The position numbers and the translations under genes are program-made. A stretch of 64,000 nucleotides of DNA from an uncultured delta proteobacterium (GTDB lineage Bacteria; Desulfobacterota; Syntrophobacteria; BM002): NCBI GenBank assembly GCA_963712115.1, contig CAVQGX010000021.1, forward strand, positions 32,001-96,000, given 5' to 3'. The first letter of the stretch is position 1. Each line of letters starts with the position of its first letter. The notes under the pieces are model-generated. The model ran no database searches, had not been told where the DNA came from, and worked only from the letters and a program-made list of their open reading frames with translations. Below, piece after piece: positions 10,729 through 20,538 of this stretch.

Positions 10729-12273
10729 ATGAAAGATATATTGAAAGATTTGGGTCTGTCGGACCTGAACCCCGGGGCAGGGACGGGAACTACCTGGCTG
10801 GAATGTGGGGGGGAGATATTGGAGTCAGTATCACCCATTGACGGCCGAATTATTGGCAGGGTTCGGCAGGCTTCAGCGGCTGATTATGACAAGGTGGCTG
10901 CCAGGGCGAGGGCTGCCTTCGAAGAGTGGCGCATGGTGCCAGCGCCGGAGCGTGGCGATATTGTTAGACAAATTGGTAATGCAGTGCGAGCACGCAAGCA
11001 AGAATTGTCCACCCTGGTGAGCCTTGAAGTGGGCAAGATTCGGGCTGAGGCAGAGGGCGAAGTTCAAGAGATGATAGACATCTGTGATTTTGCCGTGGGC
11101 CAGTCACGCATGCTCTATGGTCTAACCATGCATAGTGAGCGTCCCAGACATCGAATGTATGAACAGTATCATCCACTGGGGCCCATGGGGGTGATTACGG
11201 CTTTTAACTTCCCGGTGGCGGTTTGGTCCTGGAATGCCATGATCGGCCTGGTGGCGGGAGATACAGTGGTGTGGAAACCTTCGAGTAAGGCAGCTTTCAC
11301 TGCCCTCGCCCTTACCAAAATCATAAGCAGAGTATTACAGGAGAATGACCTTCCGGAAGGCATTCTGAATGTGGTCATCGGGAGTCGTAATGAGGTCGGG
11401 GAAAAGTTGATTGCAGATAGACGGTTGCCTCTTATCTCCGCAACTGGCAGCGTGGCCATGGGCCGTCATGTAGGCCAGGTGGTGGCTTCCCGGCTGGGAA
11501 AATCCCTGCTTGAATTGGGGGGTAACAACGCGGTAATCGTCAGCTCCCAGGCGGATCTGGATCTCGCTGTACGGGCCATCCTATTTGGGGCCGTGGGTAC
11601 CGCAGGTCAGCGGTGTACTACCATTCGCCGCGTAATCGCCCACAAAGAGATCTTTAATCCCCTCATTGAGGCTCTCATTCAGGCTTACAAACAGGTGGTG
11701 ATTGGCAATCCCCTGGAGGATGGCGTGCTCATGGGTCCACTCATCGATGGTCAAGCAGTGGAAGACATGCAAAGAGGTCTTGAAGAACTCAAAAGCCAGG
11801 GCGGGCGGATACTTTACGGAGGAGAAATCTTATCCGGGGGTATCTACGATGCTGGCACCTATGTGACCCCATGCATCTGTGAGGCCCGCAACCACTATCC
11901 CATCGTGCAAGAGGAGACCTTTGCCCCCATTCTCTACCTGATTCCCTATGAGACTCTGGAAGAGGCAATCCAATATCAAAACAACGTGCCACAAGGGTTG
12001 AGCTCTGCAATTTTTACCAATGATCTGCACGAGAGTGAGATTTTCTTGAGTCACATGGGAAGCGACTGTGGTATAGCAAATGTCAACATCGGCACCTCGG
12101 GCGCGGAAATTGGTGGTGCTTTTGGTGGGGAGAAAGACACCGGAGGAGGTCGGGAGTCCGGCTCTGATGCCTGGAAGACCTACATGCGCAGACAGACCTG
12201 CACTATCAATTGGTCCAGGAAGATGCCCCTGGCGCAGGGGATTGAGTTTGGGGTGAAGGAAGCTGGCAGCTAG
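10729..12273 (+). CDS. Aldehyde dehydrogenase, ALDH7/antiquitin type (alpha-aminoadipate semialdehyde / piperideine-6-carboxylate dehydrogenase)
   Basis: AFNFPVAVWSWN, LELGGNNA, GTAGQRCTT, SDCGIANVNIGTSGAEIGGAFGGEK, GRESGSDAWK, PLAQGI: hallmarks of ALDH7/AmaB/Pcd. Confidence 0.9.
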   Translation: MKDILKDLGLSDLNPGAGTGTTWLECGGEILESVSPIDGRIIGRVRQASAADYDKVAARARAAFEEWRMVPAPERGDIVRQIGNAVRARKQELSTLVSLEVGKIRAEAEGEVQEMIDICDFAVGQSRMLYGLTMHSERPRHRMYEQYHPLGPMGVITAFNFPVAVWSWNAMIGLVAGDTVVWKPSSKAAFTALALTKIISRVLQENDLPEGILNVVIGSRNEVGEKLIADRRLPLISATGSVAMGRHVGQVVASRLGKSLLELGGNNAVIVSSQADLDLAVRAILFGAVGTAGQRCTTIRRVIAHKEIFNPLIEALIQAYKQVVIGNPLEDGVLMGPLIDGQAVEDMQRGLEELKSQGGRILYGGEILSGGIYDAGTYVTPCICEARNHYPIVQEETFAPILYLIPYETLEEAIQYQNNVPQGLSSAIFTNDLHESEIFLSHMGSDCGIANVNIGTSGAEIGGAFGGEKDTGGGRESGSDAWKTYMRRQTCTINWSRKMPLAQGIEFGVKEAGS

Positions 12274-12396
12274 CAGCTTGCAGTAAGACTCAGCTCTTAT
12301 CGAGCTTCGCGTCATGTGCCTGCGGCGCCATTAGGTCATTACGCTTCGCTGTCATTTGTTGTAATCGGTAGAGGGTAGAGGGTAATAAAGGCTGGG

Positions 12397-12520
12397 CACT
12401 AGACACTAAGCACCAAAAAGATGGAATCAGGAGTCAGAATCCAGAATTCAGGTTTCAGCTTTTGTGTTTCTCTTCCCTGACACCTGACACCCGACACCTG
12501 AAACCCTGAGATTTGGTGCT
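12397..12520. repeat. Composite 7-mer repeat element (ggtttca/ctgacac family), copy 1 of 3
   Basis: ttcaggtttcagcttttgtgtttctcttccctgacacctgacacccgacacctgaaaccctgagatttggtgct, nearly shared with 29680-29836 and with the reverse complement of 39522-39593. Confidence 0.8.
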
Positions 12521-12577
12521 AAAAGCAAAATGTATTCGTAGTTACACAAACCAACGCTAGAAGATTGGGCGAAGAAA

Positions 12578-13699
12578 ATGGGCTTGCTTTTCATAGACGG
12601 AAACCAGGCTGTGGCCATGGGAGCCTTGTATGGGGGCTGCAAGTTTTTTGCCTCATATCCCATAACTCCCGCGAGCACTCTTCTTTCAGCCATGTTGGAG
12701 AGCTTGCCCGCCGCAGGAGGCATTGTTCTGCAGGGTGAGGACGAGATCGCTTCAATAGGTTACTGCCTCGGTGCATCTATGGCGGGCATGAAAGTCATGA
12801 CTGCCACCTCGGGCCCAGGTCTCAGCCTTTATAGCGAGAACATCTCCTTTGCCATTGCAGGCGAGATTCCCATAGTAATCGTCAATATAATGCGTCAGGG
12901 ACCGTCAACCGGTTCCGCTACCCGAGGCGCAGACTCGGATGTGCAGTTCATGCGCTGGGGATGCAGCGGCGGCTTGCCGGTTATTGTCCTTGCCCCGGCT
13001 GACGTTAGTGATTGCTTTACCCTGACGGTGCATGCTTTCAATCTTGCCGAGCAGTTCCGTTGCCCGGTATTTATAGCCTCCAACAAAGAGATAGGGATGA
13101 CCAGCCAGACTGTTGATATGGAGGGAGTCGAAAAACCGGCAATCGTAGATCGCACTCTCCACGAATCTGGCCCCTTTCTTCCTTTTCAAGTTAATCCTGA
13201 GGAGGACGTTCCTGCATTCCTTCCCATCGGCGGCCCCATCTTAGTGAGACAGACTTCATCCACCCACGGACCAGATGGATACATTACAACTGATCCTTCG
13301 GAGATTCAGGCAGGGGTCGAAAGGCTACAGAGAAAAATCCAAGCCAATATAGAATCATTTACCTACTTCGATCTGGAAGAAAGAAAAGGGGCTCGCACCT
13401 TGATCGTGGCCTACGGGATAACAGCTGGAGCTGCGAGAGCTGCAGTTGCTGAGCTTTTTGAAAAGCAAAACGTCCCTGTATCTCTCTTGGTTCTAAAGAC
13501 CTTGTGGCCGGTTCCCGAGCAAGTACTCCACGCTGCTGCAGCCGGCATGGAGCGAATTCTGGTAGTGGAAATGAATCTGGGCCAATACATCCATGAAGTC
13601 CGGAGAGTACTTTGCAAGCAAAGAGTTGATTTTTATGGAAAAATGTCTGGTCAGTTGATCTCACCCAGAGAAATCATAAAGGAGGTGTTGGGTGGATAG
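12578..13699 (+). CDS. 2-oxoacid:ferredoxin oxidoreductase alpha subunit
   Basis: GNQAVA, SYPITPAS, EDEIAS, TATSGPG, RQGPSTG, VVEMNLGQY. Confidence 0.92.
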   Translation: MGLLFIDGNQAVAMGALYGGCKFFASYPITPASTLLSAMLESLPAAGGIVLQGEDEIASIGYCLGASMAGMKVMTATSGPGLSLYSENISFAIAGEIPIVIVNIMRQGPSTGSATRGADSDVQFMRWGCSGGLPVIVLAPADVSDCFTLTVHAFNLAEQFRCPVFIASNKEIGMTSQTVDMEGVEKPAIVDRTLHESGPFLPFQVNPEEDVPAFLPIGGPILVRQTSSTHGPDGYITTDPSEIQAGVERLQRKIQANIESFTYFDLEERKGARTLIVAYGITAGAARAAVAELFEKQNVPVSLLVLKTLWPVPEQVLHAAAAGMERILVVEMNLGQYIHEVRRVLCKQRVDFYGKMSGQLISPREIIKEVLGG

Positions 13700-14993
13700 C
13701 CTCCTAAACCCAGACCGAGCACCAGTTTTCTGCCCCGGTTGTTCTCACGATCGCAGTGTCCATGTCTTGGACCGCGCTCTCCAGAAGCTGGGTCTCCGAG
13801 GCAGTGACCTGGTTATCGTAAGCGATATTGGCTGCTCCGGGCTTTTTGATACCTTTTTCAATACCCATGCATTTCATGGACTTCATGGTCGAGCTCTTAC
13901 CTATGCAGCTGGGATAAAGCTGGCGCAGCCGGATCTTAAAGTGATAGTAACCATGGGCGATGGTGGACTGGGAATAGGAGGAGCACATTTCCTTGCTGCC
14001 TGCCGCAGAAATATAGACCTCACCCTTCTGGTGTTGAACAATTTCAACTTTGGCATGACCGGGGGTCAGTTTTCCTGCACCACACCCGAACACGCATCCG
14101 TGTCTTCCAGTTTTCTCAATGTTTTAGAAAAGCCATTCGATCTTTGCCATGTCGCAGCTTGCGCTGGGGCTCCTTTTGTGGCTAGGTCTTCGGTCTACCG
14201 CAAGGACCTCCCAGAACTGCTCAAAGAGGCCATCTCCTTTGAAGGCTTTGCAGTTTTGGATATATGGGGGGGTTGCCCTGCCCGCTATATGAAAAAGAAC
14301 CCCTTATCCCCTAAAGAGATCGAAGCGGCCATAGAGAAACTGCCAACTTATGAGGGAGTTGTGCCTTCAAATATACGGCGAGAATACTCCAGCCATTACC
14401 GGGAAGCGGCCGCTACGGATAGGGCAGAAGTTCACTGGCAAGGAATTGAAACGATTTTTGAGCCAACGGTCAGGGAACGACGGGAGGTGGTTTTTTTAGG
14501 CAGTGCAGGGCAACGGGTAATAACAGCGGGCGGTCTTTTAGGTCGGGCGGCCATTTTGGCCGGGATGAATGTCAGCCAAAAGAATGACTTCCATATTACA
14601 GTCATGCGAGGGCCCTCTGTGACCGAGCTCATTGTTTCACCCCAGGCCATCACCTTTACGGGGGTAGAAGAGCCTCAGGTGATCATCGCCCTTGCCCATG
14701 AGGGAGTGCGGAGGTGCTGGGGGCTATTTGAGAAAATGAAAAAGGGGGGGCAAATCATTCTGTCGGCTGGAGTTGAAATCCCCCCTACCGCTGGACAAAT
14801 CCTGGAAGTAGATTTCAAAGCTGGAGGAATCAAGAATAAGGAGATGGCTCTAGCGGCCCTTTATCTCCTCGCTCGGGATCGAGACCCCATTACACCTGAG
14901 ATGCTCGAGGAAGCACTCAAACAGACATTTCAGGGCAATAGACTTGAGGAAGCTCGCCTAGTTCTGGAGAAAGCCGCCACAATCCCGGTTTAA
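13692..14993 (+). CDS. 2-oxoacid:ferredoxin oxidoreductase beta-gamma fusion subunit
   Basis: FCPGC, SDIGCS, HGRA, GDGG...NNFNFGMTGGQ TPP motif; C-terminal gamma domain (GSAGQRVITAG, MRGPS). Confidence 0.9.
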   Translation: MDSLLNPDRAPVFCPGCSHDRSVHVLDRALQKLGLRGSDLVIVSDIGCSGLFDTFFNTHAFHGLHGRALTYAAGIKLAQPDLKVIVTMGDGGLGIGGAHFLAACRRNIDLTLLVLNNFNFGMTGGQFSCTTPEHASVSSSFLNVLEKPFDLCHVAACAGAPFVARSSVYRKDLPELLKEAISFEGFAVLDIWGGCPARYMKKNPLSPKEIEAAIEKLPTYEGVVPSNIRREYSSHYREAAATDRAEVHWQGIETIFEPTVRERREVVFLGSAGQRVITAGGLLGRAAILAGMNVSQKNDFHITVMRGPSVTELIVSPQAITFTGVEEPQVIIALAHEGVRRCWGLFEKMKKGGQIILSAGVEIPPTAGQILEVDFKAGGIKNKEMALAALYLLARDRDPITPEMLEEALKQTFQGNRLEEARLVLEKAATIPV

Positions 14994-14995
14994 TC

Positions 14996-15092
14996 GCAAA
15001 GGGCAGAGCGTCACTCCTATTTCGAATTTCGAAATTAAAATCCAAAATTCGCAATTCGACATTCGAAATCCGAAATTATGCTCTATGCTCTC
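14996..15092. repeat. 7-mer repeat array (ttcgaaa/ttcgcaa) flanked by gcagagc/gctctat arms
   Basis: atttcgaatttcgaaattaaaatccaaaattcgcaattcgacattcgaaatccgaaatt. Confidence 0.65.
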
Positions 15093-15288
15093 TGTAGAAA
15101 GCAGAAAGAATTTCGTTTTTTTTATGCAGATTCCAAGATTCTGCCTATTCTATTGGCACCTTTTTTTCTGTAAGTATTTCCTGATTTTACTGGTATTTCA
15201 TTGAGATATTCTTAGAAGCACAGCCTATTCCGCTCAGAGAAGTTAGTTAGAGTAATTCTTCTTTTCTCATAAGCGTTGGGGATAAGAG

Positions 15289-16549
15289 ATGCGGAGAGTG
15301 GTAAGAAGAGTTTGTGGGTGTTTTGTAATCGTTCTTTTAACTGCCTTTCTGTTTTGTTCTATGGCCGGTGCCGAAGAAACACCTGATGTTGAAGCTGAGC
15401 CGAAGGCGAATCAAAAACTCCAACAGGCTGAAAAAATAGAAGAAAAGGCAGAGACAGAAGAAAAACGTTCCCTTGAAACTGACTACGAAGAACAAGGACA
15501 ACCTGAGGAGAATGAGGAAGTAGAGGACGAGGAGCCAACCGCAGAAAGTCCAATTCTTTCAAGATTGCCCGTGGAAAAGATAACCTTGGGTGGGTACATC
15601 GACTTTGACTACGACTACTATGAGGTCTCGGATGTCTCTGACAAAGACAGCGGCAGCAGTTCTGACCTGGGTCTGGGTTCGGTGGAGCTTGAATTGCGGG
15701 TGTTTTTCAATAAATGGGTTAAATCAAAAATTGTGGTGGCTGTGGATGATGTTGGTAAGAAGGATGGTGAAGAAAAAATAAAAATAGATGAAGCCATCTT
15801 CACCATGAAGTGTCCCTCGGTCCCCTTGTATTTCACTGGTGGCTACACAGTTCTTCCTTTTGGCGTTTTTGAAGACCGGTTGATCACTGGGCTTATCACT
15901 GAGGACCTCTATGAGATACAAGAGGTAGGTGCCACTCTGGGTTTTGCTCCTGATTTCTATGGTTTAGACATTTCTTTCACCGTCTATGGAGGTCAGGATA
16001 TCATTGAGAATCTCGAGGATTTCGGCACACATGAGTTCAGCGAGGACCCAGATCGTGAAGAAGACGATGACGTGAGTTCCTTTATTGCCAATGTCACACT
16101 CGAGCCAGTAGAGGACATGTTTAGCCTGAGTGTTTTCTACGACAGTGAACCTGGCGACGGCAGACGCAACCTGACCATAGGGTCCGCTTTTACCTTGGAT
16201 GTTTGGAAGTTCAGTTTGGACGGCGAATACATAACCGCCCTGCAGCGAGAAAAAGGGGAAAACGGAGAAGAGAACAAGGAGAGTGCCTGGGTTGCGGGCC
16301 TCGCTTTTCGGCCCTTTGAGTCAGTGCCTCTGGAGTTTGTGGTCCGGTACGAAGATTTTGATGATGATCAAAAGGGTAATCAGGATGAAATACTAGACGA
16401 CCGATACGTGGCAGGGTTCAGCTACAAATTTCTAGAATGGGCCACCTTTTTTTTCGAGTATGACTACTTAAACTACGAGAAAGAAAAGGGACAGCGACGC
16501 TGCCGACCACGTAAACACAATACACTTCCGCATTGGCTTGGCGTTTTAG
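15289..16549 (+). CDS. Outer-membrane porin, LbtU-like; apparent 1-nt frameshift near 16490
   Basis: Signal peptide, acidic N-terminal linker, beta-strand pattern (IDEA, G..VLPFG.F); the alternate frame ends DSDAADHVNTIHFRIGLAF* with a C-terminal Phe (BAM signal) at 16549. Confidence 0.7.
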
Positions 16550-16729
16550 CCAGGGCTAGTACTGCTTTAAGTACTCCTTCTGTCAACCTGCCAAAACCAA
16601 CCTTAAGTTTTCTCCAATCATTAATTTAAGGCTGTTAAATATTTACTAAGCCAAGTATATTAACCTATTATACCACTTTGTTGTGGATAATGACCCCCAA
16701 GAATTTCAAGGTAAATATCCGTCTATACC

Positions 16730-16801
16730 CTGGATTCCCGCTTTCGCGGGAATGACGATAGTACACGTTCACCCGTCATCCCCGCGTAGGCGGGGATCCA
16801 G
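16730..16801. repeat. REP/BIME-like inverted palindrome pair
   Basis: ctggattcccgctttcgcgggaatgacg...cgtcatccccgcgtaggcggggatccag. Confidence 0.8.
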
Positions 16802-16868
16802 ATAAGAAAAGGCTTTCAAGCATCTTGAGTGGCTTTACAATCCCACCAAAGAATCTCCTATCCAGCCC

Positions 16869-16927
16869 AATCCTTATCATTTCGTAATGTTTTGGCAATC
16901 TTTTGGTAAGCTTCCCATATTTATTAT
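16869..16927 (+). promoter_or_regulatory. Putative OmpR-family response-regulator operator plus -10 box (copy 1)
   Basis: CTTAT-N6-GTAAT-N6-GCAAT-N6-GTAAG-N11-TATTAT; near-identical to 18185-18243. Confidence 0.6.
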
Positions 16928-17265
16928 GCAAAAACTCATCGAAATTTTAGCCGGTGTGGTTTTCTAATTGACTAATATTTTATTTTTAATATGATATCAA
17001 TATTTTATTGTAAAATCTCTGCCGACTCTTGGCATATAATTTCCCAGTTCCCATTTTTGTTCTCCAACTAAAGACAATATTTTCGTTCTACACTGGTCTG
17101 ATGGATGCAAAGTATTTCTTTATGGTAAGGAGGTGAGAGAGAAGCGAAAAGTTGCTCTATTGAGTCATTTAGAGAATTTTCTCGAGTCTATCATTGGAGA
17201 TGAGAACGAGTTCATCTGAGACTTATGAATTAAGTTTGATGATAAAACAAGAAAGGAGAGGGCCC

Positions 17266-17760
17266 ATGACCAGACTTTTTGTTACTATCGTCGTGACATT
17301 CGCTTTAATCTCTGGAACTGCACTAGCACAGGACACACTGGCAGAAAGAGGACCATTTGGATTGGGAGCGATGTATGGTATGACAGGTCCTAACCCTAGG
17401 TATCTCGCAGGTATTACCGCGAAGTATTTTCTGGATGAGACCAATGCATTTGACGGTGCTGTCCTCCGGCGCCTCAGTTCAAAAGACGACTGTTATATTT
17501 GGGCAGACTACCTGTATCACTTCCGTTCGCTGATTACACTTGAGCAAGGCGAATTGCCAGTCTACTTGGGCATTGGCGGAAGACTAAAGCTTCAAGAGAG
17601 CAACGAGGATAAATTCGGGATTCGATTTCCCGTGGGCCTGGCTTATGAATTTGCAGGCGTGCCTGTTGATGTCTTTGTTGAAGTTGTACCAATATGGGAC
17701 GTGGCGCTCAGCTATGATTTTGATCTCGAAGGAGGTATCGGCGTTAGATTTTATTTCTAG
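17266..17760 (+). CDS. Small outer-membrane beta-barrel protein (DUF3996/OmpA-TM-like)
   Basis: Signal peptide (ALA|Q), alternating beta-strands, C-terminal GVRFYF; RBS aaggag. Confidence 0.75.
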   Translation: MTRLFVTIVVTFALISGTALAQDTLAERGPFGLGAMYGMTGPNPRYLAGITAKYFLDETNAFDGAVLRRLSSKDDCYIWADYLYHFRSLITLEQGELPVYLGIGGRLKLQESNEDKFGIRFPVGLAYEFAGVPVDVFVEVVPIWDVALSYDFDLEGGIGVRFYF

Positions 17761-18072
17761 CTTTGCCTATGGGCAACATGGAATGAAAATCAGACTTTGA
17801 CTAATGACTTCGAGACTAATTGGTAAGGTCCTTAGTTCTATTATCCAGAAAACTGCCACAATCCCAAACTAACGTCCATCCAGGAATTACCGAATGTCAT
17901 TCTGAGCCCTTCGATTTACTCTAGGGTAAACTCCGAGAAGAATCTCATAAATTCAGATCTTACACCTTCGAGATTCTTCGCCCGCCTGCGGCGGACTCAG
18001 AATGAAGTTGTCGAATTGCTGTTTTGTGGAGTTGATACTACGATAAGAACTCCCTGCAAGAAAAACCAAACA

Positions 18073-18112
18073 CTCCCTCTCCCTTGACGGGAGAGGGTTG
18101 GGGTGAGGGTGA
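18073..18112. repeat. REP-like element (ctcccttgacgggagaggg...ggggtgaggg); related copy at 19834-19892
   Basis: ctccctctcccttgacgggagagggttggggtgagggtg versus cctcccccttgacgggggaggattgaggtgggggtg. Confidence 0.7.
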
Positions 18113-18184
18113 AAAGGAGGTATTTTCGATAGATTATATCCCCCTCGCCGTAATTATCCATCCAGAAACCTTCTTATTCTGGGC

Positions 18185-18243
18185 AATCCTTACCATTTCG
18201 TAATACTCTGGTAATCTTTTGGTAAGCCCCTCAGTTGTACTAT
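18185..18243 (+). promoter_or_regulatory. Putative OmpR-family response-regulator operator plus -10 box (copy 2)
   Basis: CTTAC-N6-GTAAT-N6-GTAAT-N6-GTAAG-N11-TACTAT. Confidence 0.62.
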
Positions 18244-18479
18244 CCAGAAAACCGGCTACAAAACCAAACTAACGTCCATCCAAAGATTAGCGAATGTCAT
18301 TCTGAGCCCTTCGACAAGCTCAAGATGAACTACGCGAAGAGAGTAATTGTCATCCTGAGTCCCGCCCAGGCGGGACGAAGGATCTCGAGATTCTTCGGCT
18401 GACGCCTCAGAATGACATTAGGAAGTGACACCGGTTAGCCACCGGCGAACAAAAACTTGAAGAAAGAAGGAGGAGTACC

Positions 18480-19530
18480 ATGGTGCAAGAAAAGGACATT
18501 GTTAGACTGGGTTTAACCATTATCATGTTCATTGCTCTACTTGGGCTGGTCAGCACGCCTGCTTTGGCAAAGGGCAACGGCCGGCATGCCCAAAAGGGCC
18601 TGCAGCCAGACCGCGTCGTCGGCCTTCCTCGCCTGCCAATATGAGGTCAAAGACGATTACTGGATTGCCCAGGGAAACTGCTACAACTGTCTGACAAAGA
18701 AGACCAAGCTGAGTGCTTCGACGAGGCGAAAGAGGATTACAAGGAGGCAAGGGAAGAGTGCAAGGCCCAGCTGGAAGCCCGTAAGGATCTCTGTGAGGAG
18801 CTGGGCGAAGCACCCTATGATCCGCAGATCGACCCGGAGGACTTTGTTGATCCCACTACTATCAATTCGTACAAATGCCAACCCCTATTTCCCGCTGGTG
18901 CAGGGCTATGAGTGGGTATACGAAGGCGGTGGCGAGACCATTACCGTAACGGTCACAGAGGAAACTAAAGAAATCCTTGGTGTAAAGTGTCGCGTTGTCA
19001 AAGATGTCGTGACGGAATGAAGACGGATGAAGGATCATGATCGAAGACACAGATGACTGGTACGCCCAGGACAAAGATGGCAACGTCTGGTACTTCGGCG
19101 AGTTTTCGTTGGCGAAAGAAGAATGTGAACCTGAAGAACTGTGCGAAGGACTATATAACAACGATGGCTCGTGGAAAGCTGGATATGCGTCCGCCAAACC
19201 AGGTTACCTGGTGAAGATCCGTCCCCGGAGGTAGAATGACATATACCGCCAGGAATTTGCTCTTGGGGATGCCGAGGATTGGGCTAAAGTGCTGAGCTGT
19301 TAGAAGCACTAGCGGCGGATGCTAGGCTATATACCTGTACAGCAACAGCGACGGGTGCATGCAAACTGAGGAGGGCACGCCCATTGAACCAGACGTCAGT
19401 GAGTACAAGTTCTACAAACCGGGCATCGGGCTGTATCTTGGAAGTTAATCCTGAAACCGGCGAGCGGGTGGAACTTACAGGTTTCAATGCCTCACCCCTA
19501 ACTGTAACAAAACATGTTTGGCCCGCCAAA
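18480..19530 (+). pseudogene. Multiply frameshifted secreted protein (Cys-rich helical N-terminus plus a DWYAQDxxGNVWYFGE beta domain)
   Basis: RBS aggaggag, ATG 18480 and a signal peptide; coherent peptide segments across several frames (ACQYEVKDDYW / ECFDEAKEDY..APYDPQID / NPYFPLVQG / EDTDDWYAQDKDGNVWYFGE / YRQEFALGDAED / EYKFYKPGIG / ETGERVEL); 3' end approximate. Confidence 0.7.
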
Positions 19531-19959
19531 AAGGCGGGCCTTGCTCCGAACTTCACCGGTGCCCACAGCGTAAAAGGCCGCAGCTTGTAGTGGGCTAAAT
19601 GTGGTCACGGCTCGCTGAGGTTGACGGCATGTGGCGGCTGTGACGATGAGAACTGAAGGATAATGGATACTTATCGCGAAATTCCGGGCCCTGGCTTCGG
19701 CCGGGGCTCGGGGTATTTCCAAAGGTAGCAAGAAAATCAATTCTGTAGATGCTATTCGTAGAGAAATAATACGGCACCATATTGATGCCAGACGATTTAT
19801 CTAACTGGTGCTTATCCGGAAACACCATACTTTCCTCCCCCTTGACGGGGGAGGATTGAGGTGGGGGTGATCCCCCTCCCCTGCGGGAGGGAAAAGGAGG
19901 TTTCCGGATAAGACTAACTAATATTGATGATAATTTACAGATATCTAAATAGTGTAATC

Positions 19960-20524
19960 CAACAAATACCTAAACAAGTTCTCATAGCTGCTTTTCATAC
20001 TCACCTTCGGCTGTAATTTGGCACAGGCAACCAAAGCTAGCCTGCAGAACATAGTCTTGGATAGCAAGAATGAAAATCTTACTCTCAGTTTCAAATTAGA
20101 AGATGCTTTTTCTGAACAAATGAAAGAAGTCATTCTAAGTGGAACATCCATCACTTTCACATTTTTTGTTGTATTACGGGAGATCAAGGATTTTTGGGTG
20201 GACAAGAAGATAATCGATATAAAAATCGATCACATGCTCAAATACAACGTTTTGAAAAAAGAATTCGTTATCAAAAGATCATGGGAAATTGATGAGGTCT
20301 TGATTACCGACTCTTTTGTCGAAGCTCAGAACTTAATGGCCGCAATTAGCAGCCTAAAAATTCTTCCCTTCAACTGGCTGGAGAATGGCAACCGTTACCA
20401 AATAGCAATCAAGGCCGAACTCAGCAAAGCCAACCTGCCTCTCAATTCGAGACCTGTGGTGTTTTTCTCTCCTCCCTGGGGTTTTGAAACAGATTGGTAT
20501 ATACTGGATTTCAATCGCTCATAG
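19960..20524 (+). CDS. DUF4390-like exported protein; signal-peptide region interrupted by an in-frame TAG (19985-19987)
   Basis: AFSEQMKEVILSG..ITFTF, LKYNVL, C-terminal WGFETDWY; lies directly upstream of a two-component system; start uncertain. Confidence 0.65.
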
Positions 20525-20538
20525 AAGAGGTAGTTCCC

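Larger units (their letters stand above)
17820..18418. repeat. About 95-bp direct duplication (17820-17915 / 18219-18314) plus REP-like gtcattctgag...ctcagaatgac palindromic elements
   Basis: tatccagaaaac...ccaaactaacgtccatcca...gaatgtcattctgagcccttcga occurs twice about 400 bp apart; each copy is followed by gagattcttcg...ctcagaatga. Confidence 0.8.

Noticed and set aside
1-14993. Selenoproteins among the redox genes
   Set aside because: Cys motifs are complete, and the TGA stops fall at expected C-termini with no conserved read-through seen
16490-16629. C-terminal tail of the 446-aa ORF (GQRRCRPRK...)
   Set aside because: Frameshift read-through; the alternate frame gives a proper beta-barrel ending in Phe at 16549
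16682-16690. oriC suggested by a DnaA box (TGTGGATAA) and near-matches at about 23930 and 49803
   Set aside because: The boxes are isolated, with no cluster, unwinding element or dnaA gene in the window
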